A program made the translations under genes and the position numbers. A DNA stretch of 63,990 bases, the filler included, from Squatina squatina (taxonomy: Eukaryota): assembly GCA_031763465.1 (NCBI GenBank). It is 4 parts of 4 records of this genome, joined end to end, with 100 filler letters (N's around TTAATTAATTAA, not from the genome) between each part and the next. Parts side by side here need not be neighbours in the genome. Positions count along the whole stretch, not along the records: positions 1 to 17,028 come from JARFOE010000192.1; 3 more parts are not named here. One strand, written 5' to 3'. This document shows, in pieces, positions 1 through 14,015 of this stretch; the first letter of the stretch is position 1; every line of letters starts with the position of its first letter. The notes beneath the pieces were generated by a model. That model saw nothing but the letters and a program-made list of their open reading frames with translations, made no database searches and had not been told where the DNA came from.

Positions 1-1254
1 CTGACAAGAAAACTTTTATTGTAATAATGCAGATCTTCTCAGTTCCTATTGTTCTACCAGTATGCTCAGTCATTCATCAGAAGTTTTCCTGACCCACAGT
101 GCACAGTTACTTTTTGTTTTATATTTAATGCTGAAAATCATTTGGAAAATCATACCTGTCTTTGCAATAGGTAGCAGAAGGTGATCACTTGTCCCAGTGA
201 AATCATTCCTGTCCTAGATACAAGTGAAATGATGCCAGCTTCACAGGTGTATGATGAGGTGCAGAGAACAATTTCCAAGCAGGTCAAATTGTTGGCTCCT
301 GAACTCTCAGTGGTGCCATATGTGTTACTATTTTAGTCTTGATAATGTTTCCTATGGTGTAATTTTAACCAGAGTAGTTTTGACCTGACACACTTGTCCC
401 AGTGACAGCCAACAATGCATTTGTACTTGTGCTGGAATATTCCTACTCATTCGAGGCAGTAAGAGGGGAGGTTATTTTTATTCATCTTTAATTAATTCAT
501 TACTGTTCAGTTCAGTGTATAACCACCTTTGCAAGGTTCTCAGTGAAAGGTTTGATGGAGTGCTGGTCAATGTCAGGGTCACATTTACCTTCATTATTCT
601 TTCTGCACCTATTTGTAACCTCTCTACATATTTGAAAACATTTGACTGATTTTCCAAAGCCCTGGGTTTTACAGGATATTTCTGTTCCTGTTAAGTTAAT
701 TAGAAGTTTACAATTTTAAACTTTTAATTGCGGGCATTGCAATTTTCAAGGTTGGATGAGAGGACATGACCTCACCATTCCCCTGTACCCCAGTTAAAAA
801 ACATCACTTAGCTCCGAAGACACTTCATGAAGCATAGTTTTTAAAGTTGCTTTTGTTGCTTAAAAACAGTCCTCCTTGCAGACTTCTGAGGTAAGTCATT
901 TATAAGGCTTTATACTAAACTAATCCTTCAACGAAAAAGTTACAGAAANNNNNNNNNNNNNNNNNNNNNNNNNNNNNNNNNNNNNNNNNNNNNNNNNNNN
1001 NNNNNNNNNNNNNNNNNNNNNNNNNNNNNNNNNNNNNNNNNNNNNNNNGCTAACAGATCACAAGATAACAAGTTCCAGTTATGAGGACGTTGAATAACCA
1101 TGGTAAATTGTAGCTGATGGTGAGGTGAAAGATGAGAAATAGCGCGGCACACTGTAGGGTAGTAGACGGGCAAGGCACACCATAGGCAGGTGGCGTGGTA
1201 TAACATAGGGAGATGACACGACACACTGTAGAGTGATGGTGAGGCATACAGTAG

Positions 1255-1508
1255 GAAACATAAGAACGTAAGAAATGGGAGCAGGAGTAGGCCACTCAGC
1301 CCCTCGAACCTGCTCTCCCATCAATATGATCATGGCGGATCTGATCTTGGCCTCAACTCCTGCCTGTTCCCTGTAATTCAAAAATCTGTCTATCTCAGTC
1401 TTGAATATATTCAATGACTCAGCCTCCACAGCTTTCTGGGGTAAGGAATTCCAGAGATTCACAACCCTCGGAGAGAAGAAATTCCTCTTCATCTCCATCT
1501 TAAATGGG
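1255..1508 (-). mobile_element. CR1-clade LINE 3' end
   Basis: RNFFSPRVVNLWNSLPQKAVEAESLNIFKTEIDRFL on the - strand, plus 3' UTR with a TTCTTA(T/C)G octamer tail. Confidence 0.92.
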
Positions 1509-3760
1509 AGTGGTGCTGGTGTGGAATGGATGCATAGGGGCGAGGAATCAGGCAGAGGCCTTTATCAATGGGTCCTTGCATATTTTGCACACCATGCGAT
1601 CGTCTGGTCAGCCTTGTGAATTCAATAGAAATGGCAGTAAAATGAGTGGATTAGCTCAGTCACCTCGACAAAATGAGTGATGAGGCGGATAGCAAGTGAT
1701 TGCTTCCCGGAGACCAACTAACTTTTTAATGATTATTTCTGAAGATATATTTGAACACATTAAACATTCACATGTTGGTATTTCACATCATAACATGGCA
1801 TACTCTTGCTCTGTGGTGGGGAAACGGTGTCTGGCTCAGGAGAGGACCAGGCAACTTTTTAGAGTTTGAGTGCCCTCCATTTTGTATGACATTTATATTG
1901 TTGTACCCTCTTCAGGAGCCAAATGGAAATAAAGGATTAATGCCTATTTTTGAAGCACTATTTGGGAGCAGGGTAGAAGAAAATAAGTCTCGTCATGTTT
2001 GTTATATGAATTTTTGATGCTGGCATCATATCTCTGAGCTGTCTTTCTTCATGTCATCTAAGCAAGATTTCCATGAGGACAGTTAATTACCTCAGTATGA
2101 TGCACTGTTAATTCATTTGACAGCTTTCCTTACATATATTGTAGTGTGCATGTTGATATAGCAATCCTCTAGAGCACTGACTCCCAGATCATGTATTACT
2201 GGTACTGTTTCTTGTATTTCCTTTTCTGTGATGTCTGCAGTGCAAGAATATGATCCTTTCTAACCTATATCACAAATATAGCTGCATAGAGAACTGTAGA
2301 TTCCCATATGTTCTTATCATCTCCATCTAACATTCATCCCAAAACTCTACCTACCCTTCAGACATTTTTTGTTAACTGAGTGGTGTTGCTATGTTTATTT
2401 TTAAAACTTGAGTATTTCACTTGTGCTTGTTATAGAAATCCCAGTGCCTTCAGAATGCCCTTTTCCATTCCACTTTCTAAACATTTGGGATTACTTTCTG
2501 CACTGATCGCTTACTCATGAGTTGTTNNNNNNNNNNTATGTGTATGAGTAAGAAAATCCATTCCTTATGAATTTCTTCAGTTCAGCTGTGAGACAAGTAT
2601 ACCCACCTGAGTGTACCTGTCACTTGGCTGTGATTTAGTAACATACATCAGTACCAGCCTAGAGAATACTGGAAATACATAATCAGATCAGGGGCCAACA
2701 ATACTACTTATCAATGGGGAATAGCAGGGTATGAGAGGGCAAGATGAGATAAAGGAGGCAAGGGACATAACAGGATGTTTAAGGTGGCGATATTTACATT
2801 GTGCAATCATTACTGCAGTCGTTACTAAATTTTATAATTTTAACATTGCTTATTATTTTCCACCCGCATTTTAGTTCAAGAAACAAAACAAGACAAACAA
2901 ATGAATAAATAAANNNNNNNNNNNNNNNNNNNNNNNNNNNNNNNNNNNNNNNNNNNNNNNNNNNNNNNNNNNNNNNNNNNNNNNNNNNNNNNNNNNNNNN
3001 NNNNNNNNNNNNNCTAAATGTGGAGCTGGGAGGAGCACTGCCGAAGACCATTGCCAGCTCCCTCCCAGTTGCTTCCCCCACCCTCCCGATTGCTTCCTCC
3101 TCTCTCATAAGTTCCCTCTACTTCTCTATCGCTTTCCCTTCCCCCCAAACACTCCACTCCCTCCCGACTGACCCCCTCCCTTCCGATTGCCTGCTTCCCC
3201 ACCACCACCCACCCTCATGAGCTTCCTAACATGTAAACTAATGAAAGAAAGGACATGCTATCGTTAATTGGTCGCAGGCAAACCGAGGAGAAGCACAATG
3301 GAGCTGGTAGGGTGGAAAGAATTTCAACTTAAAGTTGGAATGCCACACTCTATAATTTGGAGCAACATAATAGATCCCTGAATTTGTATTGCAGGAAATG
3401 CAGTCCCGCTGTGCTCTACATTTGTACATTGAATTAAATTTAGCCTGCTGTTTTGAAGAAACTTTTTTTTTCCAAAAGCTTTTCTCCAAACAATCAAGCT
3501 TGCTCAGGTTGTTAGTGTAACCCACAGCTCAGTGTTCTTCCATAAATGTCACAAATTTCAAGTACGTTATAAAATGAAAGCCCTGATTGCACAAAGACCT
3601 ATTTCACCACAGTATAAAAAATCTGCAGGCTATCCTGCAGGGAAGGAGGTCCCTCGTTCGNNNNNNNNNNNNNNNNNNNNNNNNNNNNNNNNNNNNNNNN
3701 NNNNNNNNNNNNNNNNNNNNNNNNNNNNNNNNNNNNNNNNNNNNNNNNNNNNNNNNNNNN

Positions 3761-4088
3761 AACTGTTCCCATTGGCAGAAGGGTCGAGAACCAGAGAACA
3801 CTGACTTAAGGTAATTGGCAACAGAACCAAACGCGATGCAAAAAAAAACCTTTTTTACGCAGCGAGTGGTTAAGATCTGAAATGCACTGCCTGAAACGGT
3901 GGTGGAGGCAGACTCAGTCACTGCTTTCAAAAGGGAGTTGGATAAGCACCTGAAAGAAAAACATTTACAGGGCTACAGGGAAAGGGCGGGGGAGTGGGAC
4001 TAGCTGAAGTGCTCTTGCAGAGAGCCGGCATAGGCTCGACGGACCAAATGGCCTTCTTCCGTGCTGTAACCATTCTATGATTCTATGA
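3761..4088 (+). mobile_element. CR1-clade LINE 3' end
   Basis: LFPLAEGSRTREH...FFTQRVVKI-like ORF2 C-terminus and an (ATTCTATG)2 tail. Confidence 0.92.
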
Positions 4089-4299
4089 CAGCTGCTGCTG
4101 CTGCCTTCTCTGCCCTTCAGTTCACAGCTCTCCTTCTCGCCCGTCCCATTCTCTGCAGTTTCTCCCTCATCTCCCTCTCAATCTTCAGTGCACATATCTT
4201 ATCTATGAAGCCTACCACCTGTTCCCGCAATTACCTCCTGTCATTGTTCCTAACCACTTAAATTCATCATAGTGACCCTCCATGCTCGCCAACTGGTCC

Positions 4300-4560
4300 T
4301 CTGACACAGACTCTATCTTCTCCCAGATCCTGTTAACCCCTCCTCAAGAGACCTACTCTTAAGCTCTTCATTCTCTACAACTATCGCCCCATCTCCAGTC
4401 TTCCCATTCTTTCTAATGTCCTGGAACTTGTCATGGCCTTCTATTGAGGCTACCATTTTTTCTCACCACTACTTATTCAAGACTCTCAAATCTGCATTCT
4501 GGCAAGCCCACAGCATGAAGACCACACGGGCCAAAGTCACACAAAACAACTGTGATTGCA
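4300..4560 (+). mobile_element. Decayed L2-like RT fragment
   Basis: NYRPISSLPILSNVLELV motif at ~4379-4432. Boundaries approximate. Confidence 0.7.
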
Positions 4561-4901
4561 GTCTTATGTCTTTCCTTTTTTTTAAATTTGCTGTTAGAAC
4601 TTATATTTGGAAGCTGAACACTTTTAATTGACATGCATTGAATATGTATGTAACAATTCTTTCTGCTAATTTGCTGTTAACAGGGCCTATTGGTAAATAT
4701 ACCACCAGTTCCAAGGTGTGAAAAAATCCTAAACAAATTAATTTAAAAACCTGAAGCAGTGCCAGTTATATCGAACTGTGTATTTTTATTGGTTCTGTGG
4801 TCAATCGTACTTCCATTGCTCTCAAATAGTCTCTCTAACCAAACGCATTGTATTTCATATCTACTATCCTTTCTAAATAATTATACTTTTTTTCACTACA
4901 G

Positions 4902-4967
4902 GATAATGATGTCCGAATTATTCTTGGCCAGTTTGACGAAAACATGGCAGCGAAGGTATTCTGCTGT
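4902..4967 (+). CDS. GABBR2: GABA-B receptor subunit 2, internal exon (Venus flytrap domain)
   Basis: Bounded by pyrimidine tract+CAG and GTAAGT. Encodes [22 protein letters not shown], nearly identical to recalled human [22 protein letters not shown]. Confidence 0.95.
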
Positions 4968-7795
4968 GTAAGTATGAAGCAGTGATATTGGTGTTAATCA
5001 ACATTCATTGTTCCAGACATCAAATCGCAAGAACAGTAAGAGAAACTGTAACAAAGCATTGAGCTCGTGTTGACAATTACTTATTAAATGAAGCAGAAAG
5101 TGGGCATACAAGCATGTAAAATAAGCATAGTGGCTATTTTTATGTTGTTTTCAAACAAAGAGAAATAACGACTAATGGAAGCCCCATGAAAAATGTGAAT
5201 TGCTTGACAGAATTAAACAATAAATAAATCTGAACAGAAAAGACAAGGTGAACTATTTACACTCATGCACAAGGTTATTCAAAAATATGTTTGTTTTTGC
5301 ACCTGTATGAAATGATGGATGGTAAAGGCATCTATTATCTATTTAAGAAGCATGTGTAAACTTGTCTGGGTTACATGTAAAGCTGCAATAAAAGCTATCT
5401 TGCAGCCTGACATAAATAAATAAAATTGGTACTGAGATATTTACTTTAAATCAGCATGGTCTTTACAAGTGTTCGCAAACTGCTTACTTAAGTGAGGTCT
5501 GACCATATCTATTTCTACATAAAATTGACCAGTATTTGTACTTTTGATTGGCGAACTAACAAAAGCTATTCTAACTGTGGCAGGCAGACAATCCTAGGCC
5601 ACAACCTAAGACCCAGGAGCATTCAGGCTGGGAATCTAGTTGGACTCAGACTGCTAATATTGAAAATTAAAAATTGTGAAATGCCACCCCAACCCACTGC
5701 ATACACATCTGCCGACATTTTTACATTGTGAGTTGTGTCTGTATCCTGCTCTCAAAATGCAGCAAACTTCATTATAACATTTAAATCACGCTCCCACTGA
5801 TTTAAATTTAACACTGGCTGGCTGCGCTTCCCAGGGCTCGGGAAACCCAGCGATTAACTGGAGACGGAAGGAACCGGACCAAGCAGCTAAGTGCTTTTTA
5901 TAGCACTGAGTGTGAGCCAAGAGGAGCAGAAATGCTGCCCCCCGTCCCCCCCGGTCCCTGAAACAAACCTGCTGTCGATCATGTCCTCTTCCGCGTTGCC
6001 GTGATCGACCAACCCCCTCCCCCCAACTCTGTCCCGATTCTGCGCGGAGGGGATTCCTGTACGGGCTGCTCCTGCACACCTTCCACTTTGCCATCCTCGC
6101 CGTGGCGTGCCACCTTCCCGTCCGGAGGAGGCGAGGGTCCCCAGTGGAGGTCTGTCTACGCGGNNNNNNNNNNNNNNNNNNNNNNNNNNNNNNNNNNNNN
6201 NNNNNNNNNNNNNNNNNNNNNNNNNNNNNNNNNNNNNNNNNNNNNNNNNNNNNNNNNNNNNNNTCTGATAGCAACCCACACATTCGAATGAATGAAGCTA
6301 TGGGATAACCTGTTAGTTATTTCATTGCTGTGTTTGAGGCTTTCATTCATATGTTTCTGAAACTAATACTTATACTTCACTTATGGCTATTCTCTCCACT
6401 TAAGAATGAATAACTTCTTAGTTGTGAGTTAATTGACAGATCAGTCTTTCTTAATATAGAGGAAGAAGTCATGTCTAAGTGTTAGTTTCAGGTACTTATC
6501 AGTGAAAGGAATCAATGAATAGTTCACACAGAGGAAACGAACAGCTGACGAGTCAGCATTAACTAGATTGATTTCTATGTGTGGAGTTTCATTGTGGACT
6601 TAATTGGGGGGTTCCCTTGAGGGCTTTTATGGGTGGTTGAGCTGAAGGCTGTTAGTGATATTGAGTTCTAGGATCGTATCAGGGTTGAAATGCAGGCTGT
6701 TAGCAGGGAATTGGACGAGGGTTGCAAATATTTACATGAAGAAGAAAACGCACATCCTGGGCAGTCAACCAGAATGTATATATTTTCACTAGCACTGAAT
6801 TTTCCTTTCATTTTGCTGACTGCATCAGAGAATTCACAAATGTTGTCAGTTTTCTACTATAAGGACTTATCTCTGTCCCTGGGTAATCGGACCTCTCGAT
6901 TTATGGACAAAATGAGTCAAGCACAAGTAGAGCTTTTAATTAAAAAAGAATCTCTTCACTTTATTTGAATGGACAAATAACCAGCATTCTACAGTTAATC
7001 AACCCATCAGCATGCAGTACAGTAACTACCTATACTCACATTAAGAATCTCTTCAGTTTATTTCTCTTAGTTAGTTCTACAAAGTGTTATGCTTATCATA
7101 ATCCCCATCTTATATTCACTACCACCCCCTTCGTCTCTCTGTGGTGCTGTGGGCCTCTGTAGCGAGAGTTTCCATCTCCCTTTCTGGCTGTGTGGGTTCT
7201 CTGCCTTTGACTCTATGGGTTCTCCTCTTTTCTCTCTCTCTGTAGGTTCTTTGGCTGTGTGGGATCTCTGCTTTTCAAAACCTGAGTTGTATTTAAAAAA
7301 AAACAAAGCTCTGTGTGTGCCAGCCGTCTTCTCCACAGGCTTTCTTATCAGTTCTGTCCCAGTTCCAAGAGACAGACACCAGAGTTTATACAATAAAAGG
7401 CAGTTTTCAGTCATGAGTTCAACTGCAGTTCCAAGTTTGAGCTTTTCTAACCGTTTCACAGTCAGCAGTTTCCCACAGTTATTGAGTTGTCTTGATCAAA
7501 ATTTTCCCATGGTTACATGGGTCTTGAGCAAGCCCTCTCAACTAGACTTTTTGTTTCAGTTAATTCACTACCTTTTCAGCGAGGCCAACATCACGTTGTG
7601 GACAATTAGGGTCCTCCCTTCATTATAGTTCATGTATCCTCAGGAGGTATTATCCATAAGTCTTCCATCAGATGTCTTCGGACGAGGAGGTGCCANNNNN
7701 NNNNNNNNNNNNNNNNNNNNNNNNNNNNNNNNNNNNNNNNNNNNNNNNNNNNNNNNNNNNNNNNNNNNNNNNNNNNNNNNNNNNNNNNNNNNNNN

Positions 7796-7983
7796 CCTAT
7801 AATGAGAATATGTATGGAATTAAGTACCAGTGGATTATACCAGGTTGGTACCAGCTAAACTGGTGGAAACTAGCTGCTTACCGTTATTGCCCTGTGAAAA
7901 ATCTACTCACTGCCATGGAAGGATATGTAGCTGTGGACTATGAGCCACTTAGTACAAAAGACATCAGGACAATATCTGGGCTG
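7796..7983 (+). CDS. GABBR2: GABBR2 internal exon, 5' edge lost in gap
   Basis: Encodes [62 protein letters not shown], followed by GTGAGT donor. Confidence 0.95.
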
Positions 7984-8337
7984 GTGAGTAACAATCTTTT
8001 CTCTGAACAATTATATTTGTCATAGAAACACATGAAAGAATGACAAGAAATATATCACAAGTGCCAAGAATGCTAACCCTATCCATGAGAAGCTGCAACC
8101 CCATATATTGCCTTCCCTAAGCGATGTTACTCTGTGAGGCTGGAGGGGGGGGGTGGAAATGAGGTGAAGACAAAAAAAATCTAAGGGAGGAGGAAGGGAA
8201 CAGGTGGAGACAAAAAAGCTAAGAAGTCAAAGTTTGTTTTCATCTTGTCATGTTTCACTGTCTTTGTGTTTATTTCAAAGCAATTGTTTTTTTAAGTACT
8301 TATATTGGCATTCTAATTTTCTCATTATCTCCTGCAG

Positions 8338-8492
8338 ACGCCTCAACAGTATGAACAAGAGTACAATAAAATGAGGGGTAGCGCTGAGTATAGCAAATTC
8401 CATGGATTTGCATATGATGGAATCTGGGTAATTGCCACAACATTACAACGAGCAATGGATAGTTTGAAACGCCTGGGCAATCCACAAACCAT
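8338..8492 (+). CDS. GABBR2: GABBR2 internal exon, 3' part lost in gap
   Basis: CCTGCAG acceptor, then [49 protein letters not shown] is the class C GPCR flytrap motif. Confidence 0.95.
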
Positions 8493-9724
8493 NNNNNNNN
8501 NNNNNNNNNNNNNNNNNNNNNNNNNNNNNNNNNNNNNNNNNNNNNNNNNNNNNNNNNNNNNNNNNNNNNNNNNNNNNNNNNNNNNNNNNNNNACACAACG
8601 AGAGTCTATTATTTGCTTGATTTACTTAAAGGCGATTCTTAACATGTAAAATCTTCCCAGGGCTGCTGTTTTTATTCTGAAAGAAGACTTGTACAACATT
8701 GATAGCCAAAATATTTCATGCACTAAGAATATGTAAATTGTGCCAACATTAATAGGATCAGAAGAGCTGGTTATCAGAACCAGCACTGTTATCAGCACTG
8801 CTGCTGTAACATGCATCAATACCAGTTTGATTATGAAACAAATAAGATTCACATCAGAAGACAAGCTTATTGTAGATAGCCATGTTGTCCTATTCTGAGT
8901 TATAAAGCAGTTGTTGTTCAGTGTTTTTACTAAGTCTTGGTTTAAACTTCACCATGGTAGTGTCATAGTTTAGGATTCTTCAGACATTTTTCCATGGAAA
9001 GATGTGGACATGAATAGTTTTTAATATGTGCTCTGAGCAAAGGATGTCTGAAAGGTGTTAGCAGGACAAATCTGAACCAGACAAAAATTGCCCCATCAGT
9101 TTCTTCCAATTCATCAGAAAATTAATACTACCAACAAGTGACACCTACTCACCAGTACCCTCTTCCTGATCCTCAGTTTGGGTTCTGCCAGACCCCCTCG
9201 GCTTCAGACCTTTTTATAGCCTTGATCCAGATATGCACACGAGCTGAATATCAGAGGAGAGATGAGAGTAACTGCCCTTAACATCAAGGCAACATTTAAC
9301 TTGAGTACAATACCAGAGAATCCTAGCAAAACTGATGTCAATGGGAAAAAAACTTGTAGCAGCTGGAGGTCATCANNNNNNNNNNNNNNNNNNNNNNNNN
9401 NNNNNNNNNNNNNNNNNNNNNNNNNNNNNNNNNNNNNNNNNNNNNNNNNNNNNNNNNNNNNNNNNNNNNNNNNNNACAGAATTGAATAATGAATCCTTGG
9501 CTTTGACCTTGTCAAACGAGTGTAGGCTAGAGTATGATGGCTTGTGCCTTTTGATGTTGAGTCATGGCGACGTGGCATTTTTTAATGTTGGCAAGGCAAC
9601 ACATGTTTTGCTTCCAATACTACCTTGTTTTTGTTTCTATGGATTGTGCTAAGTACTTTGGTGTGATAAAAAGTGGGCAGTATTTTTCATCATCTTAAAT
9701 TGAATCTTCTGTTTGTGCTTTCAG

Positions 9725-9875
9725 GTGTTGAACCTCCAAAGGACAGGACTATTATACAGTCACAATTGCGCAAGATTTCCCTACCACTCTACAGTATTCT
9801 TTCTGCTTTGACTGTCTTAGGAATGTTCATGTCCAGTGCTTTTCTCTTCTTCAACATCAAAAATCGAAATCAGAA
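9725..9875 (+). CDS. GABBR2: GABBR2 exon (stalk and TM1)
   Basis: TTTCAG acceptor and GTAAGG donor, 151 nt. Encodes (G)[49 protein letters not shown](K). Confidence 0.97.
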
Positions 9876-10464
9876 GTAAGGATTTTATTTAAACTGACCT
9901 TTGGGAAAAAAAACCCAATACAGTTACATAAGAAAAATTCATATTGGAATGTGATTACAAGGCATTAATCTGAATTAAGTGTTTCAGATAACATCACAAA
10001 ACCAGCTCAAGTAGTTTATACTCCTTATCTGAATTGGAGATTACAGTCTTGCCATTGATCTGGGATAACCATTAATTTTCACTGTATATTATGAAATTCA
10101 TGGGGTTAGTTTTATTCAGCTCTGAGTCCATCGGGACGAAATTGCGTAGGGGGCGGTANNNNNNNNNNNNNNNNNNNNNNNNNNNNNNNNNNNNNNNNNN
10201 NNNNNNNNNNNNNNNNNNNNNNNNNNNNNNNNNNNNNNNNNNNNNNNNNNNNNNNNNNATATTTCTTAATTCACATTAAAAGACAAATGAAAGGCAAAGT
10301 AGCAATGCATTTAAAAGATTAAAAAATGTTGGATCATTGTTGATTCCTGTGTAAAGGTTGGCAAGTAACACCTAGAAAGAGTAACACAAGTTTTTAATCT
10401 GGGTGGAAGTTACAATTTCTGAATGTAAATATTTTAATTGATTGTAAAACTTCAATTATAGTAA

Positions 10465-10665
<201 letters not shown>

Positions 10666-11252
10666 TAAATACTGACAATTTAATTCAATCTGTAATAATG
10701 ATAATCCAGCATATCTCCTGTGGTGCTGCTCACATTTTATAGGCTTTTTAAAACGAAGAGCATTATGTAGCGCACAGTATGTTATTATGCAGTTGTATGA
10801 ACCTTAGTATGTCCCTTTAGGGCCCCAAGGTGTAATTGCTGCAGTTATGCACACCCTTAAGTCAACTTGAGGTCAGACTGGCTCTTATATATATTATATA
10901 TGTTAAATCAGTAATGTATTGTCATGTCTATTTCCTGTTGTCACAATTCAGACATGCTTGTGGAATATTTGATACCTGTCACACCAGATAGCACCCAAGA
11001 AGTAACATCCATTACAGTAATAACTGCTTCTGTTGCTTTTAATGGTAATACTGTAATGCCTGCCATTAAGCCCTTCCANNNNNNNNNNNNNNNNNNNNNN
11101 NNNNNNNNNNNNNNNNNNNNNNNNNNNNNNNNNNNNNNNNNNNNNNNNNNNNNNNNNNNNNNNNNNNNNNNNNNNNNNTCTTGGAGAAAGTTTTGTGAAA
11201 TAGCTTTGTTTGAAAGCTGGATGGATCATGGAGTATTTTTTTCCCTCATTAG

Positions 11253-11375
11253 ATCATCAAAGACCAGAAGCTGCTTATTATTGTTGGCGGGATGCTGCTC
11301 ATCGATCTCTGCATCCTTATTTGCTGGCAGGTTGTGGATCCCCTGAAGAGGACCGTGGAAGACTACCCTCTGGAG
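11253..11375 (+). CDS. GABBR2: GABBR2 exon (TM4)
   Basis: CATTAG acceptor and GTCAGT donor. Encodes [41 protein letters not shown]. Confidence 0.97.
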
Positions 11376-13641
11376 GTCAGTTAACAAGGTGTAACTGGGA
11401 ATGCTGAAGTCTGGGTTTGAAGCTGCTCTCTCCTGTTTCATTTTAGGGTGGATGCTGTTGAGAATTTAAAGTGTAAGTGTAATATAGAGAAAAACGAGCA
11501 ACTACTTTGAAGACAATCTGAAGCAGCTGAACTACCGGTCATAAAAAGGTTCTTAAAACAGTAGGACCATGATTGGATGGTCAGCTTGGGATGATCCTAA
11601 ATCAATGTCTAAATACGCTAAGAACCAAAGTTGTATATAAAAGACAAAATACAAATGTAACATTATAGTGTTTCTAGAAAATGTGAGGAATTTAAAGAAA
11701 GATGATTTCTAGTTCTACCAACTTCTTTCATTCTGCTTTGTAGCATTTAAGCTTATGGGCAGTGCAATCCTATTCTCAATTAACATGCACATAAGTATGT
11801 TATTACTATTCAATCATACATTAAAAATGGGAAGAAAATAGCTTCTTAAAAAGAAAACCACATTTTTTTATGTTTTAAATGGGACCAATTTATCTAAAGC
11901 TGGATGTTGAGCAATGAGGACTGAGGCAGTTATGGCCAATCTTACAAGATTGTCCTCAGTCACACAGGGGTATTCTCCGTTGAGTGTGGAAGGATGGTTG
12001 GAAGCTTATGAGATGCAGGAATGTCCAAAGGAGTAATTAAATTACTTTTTANNNNNNNNNNNNNNNNNNNNNNNNNNNNNNNNNNNNNNNNNNNNNNNNN
12101 NNNNNNNNNNNNNNNNNNNNNNNNNNNNNNNNNNNNNNNNNNNNNNNNNNNCTAAATATTAACCTAGCTGATTGTTCTATTTCAGTTTCATGTTTATTGC
12201 ACACTCAAAATTGGTATAGACATGACACCTTACAGTGGAATATCTTGTAACATGACGATATTAGAACATCTTAAATGATACCAAAGCAGTTTAGATTTAA
12301 CAGCCTTCTACCCAAAATGCCACATAATTCAGATTTGCTGGAGTTGTGTCAGTGTCTTTAATGAATCTTTGTGCAAAATGGAATATTATGCAAATGCATG
12401 CAAATAATTATAATTTAGGTGGTCACATTTGCACTATTGAAGGGAGAAGAATCAGTTCTCAGAATGTTGCCTTGAAGCAATAGAATATTGTTTCATGGAG
12501 AAGTCACTGTGGTTTCTGTAAAAAAGTGCCAGAATAAATGGTGTTCCTGACCACAGTACTGCATAAACCAGCTCAAGCACTCTGGTCATTATCATAAACA
12601 TTGTTATAGCAATTAGTCAGAGTTTCTTTATGCACCACCTGGTGATAAGTAATAAAAAGAAATCATTACTGACAACTTAGCCTCTTCAGGTTTGTTAAAA
12701 TGCTCTGAAAGAGTGGGAATTTAAAAGTTAAGGAGGAGATCATTATCTGCTTTCGAGGATAATGCATGATCATTTTTCCTACGAGCCTATTATGAAATTT
12801 AGAAGTGATTATCACCTTCCAGCTGGTGACAAAAATAAAACTGTTCCATGAGTACTTAAAAGGGCATTCTTGTTCCATCAAAATGACTGGGGATTATGGT
12901 AATAGCTGTTGTCAATAGTTGGGTATCTAACCTGAAAACACAGCAAATATAAGCAATCTCTTCTATAACAACTGAATCTTCAGGGAGTTTCTAAATATTG
13001 CAAAAATTGTGTTTTTGTAAAGATTGTCCTGGAGTCGGCCAACACCAGGGTTGGGGAAGATTTCCTCTGTACATTATGTGTAATGAAATTATAAAACTGG
13101 GTTTACGGGTTTGTTACACATAGCACACAGGAAACCTCAAGCAAAATGATGCAGAAAGAGCCAGCGTTTTTTAATCATTTTGTTGCCTTCAAATTAATAG
13201 AATCAGTGTTGCATTAATTTCTTAGAAGATTAATTTTCTTTCAACCACTGTTAGGCCTGGCTCCTATTATAACTGTACAAGAAGTAACCCAGTTTTGGGT
13301 GCAATGATAGCGATGGAGCCACATTATGCACCTGAACGGGGAGGCCCGAGGCCCACCCAAAATTGGGCTTCATTAATACTTTTTGGGCAACTGTCAGTGC
13401 TATTGTGCCTCCATAGGCCGTTGACACATTTTAAATTGATGAATTTCGGGCTAAAAGCTTTTGTCATTGTTCCACTTGAAAAATAAGCACAATGCACACC
13501 AATTGTGCCCCTTGATATACTCATGCAAAAGATTAATTTGGNNNNNNNNNNNNNNNNNNNNNNNNNNNNNNNNNNNNNNNNNNNNNNNNNNNNNNNNNNN
13601 NNNNNNNNNNNNNNNNNNNNNNNNNNNNNNNNNNNNNNNNN

Positions 13642-14015
13642 TTTTGTTCTGTTCTGGTCTGTTTTGTTCTGTTTTGGTCTTTTCTGTTCGTTTTGGACTG
13701 TTTTGGTCTGTTTTGTTCTGTTCTGTTTTGGTCTGTTCTGTATTGGTCTGTTTTGTTCCGTTCTGGTCTGTTTTGTTCCGTTCTGGTCTGTTTTGGTCTG
13801 TTTTGTTCTGTTTAGGTCTGTTTTGTTCCGTTCTGGTCTGTTTTGGTCTGTTTTGTTCCGTTCTGGTCTATTCTGGTCTGTTTTGTTCCGTTCTGGTCTG
13901 TTTTGTTCTGTTTTAGTCTGTTTTGGTCTATTCTGGTCTGTTTTGTTCCGTTCTGGTCTGTTTTGGTCTATTCTGGTCTGTTTTATTCTGTTCTGATCTG
14001 TTTTGTTCTGTTCTG
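13642..14015. repeat. Compound pentanucleotide microsatellite in a GABBR2 intron
   Basis: Tandem TTTTG/TTCTG/GTCTG/TTCCG/GTCTA units, with a degenerate tail to ~14140. Confidence 0.95.

Noticed and set aside
7067-7628. Overlapping 130-aa and 179-aa ORFs in a GABBR2 intron
   Set aside because: No recognisable domain and low-complexity composition. More likely LTR-like or other repeat debris.
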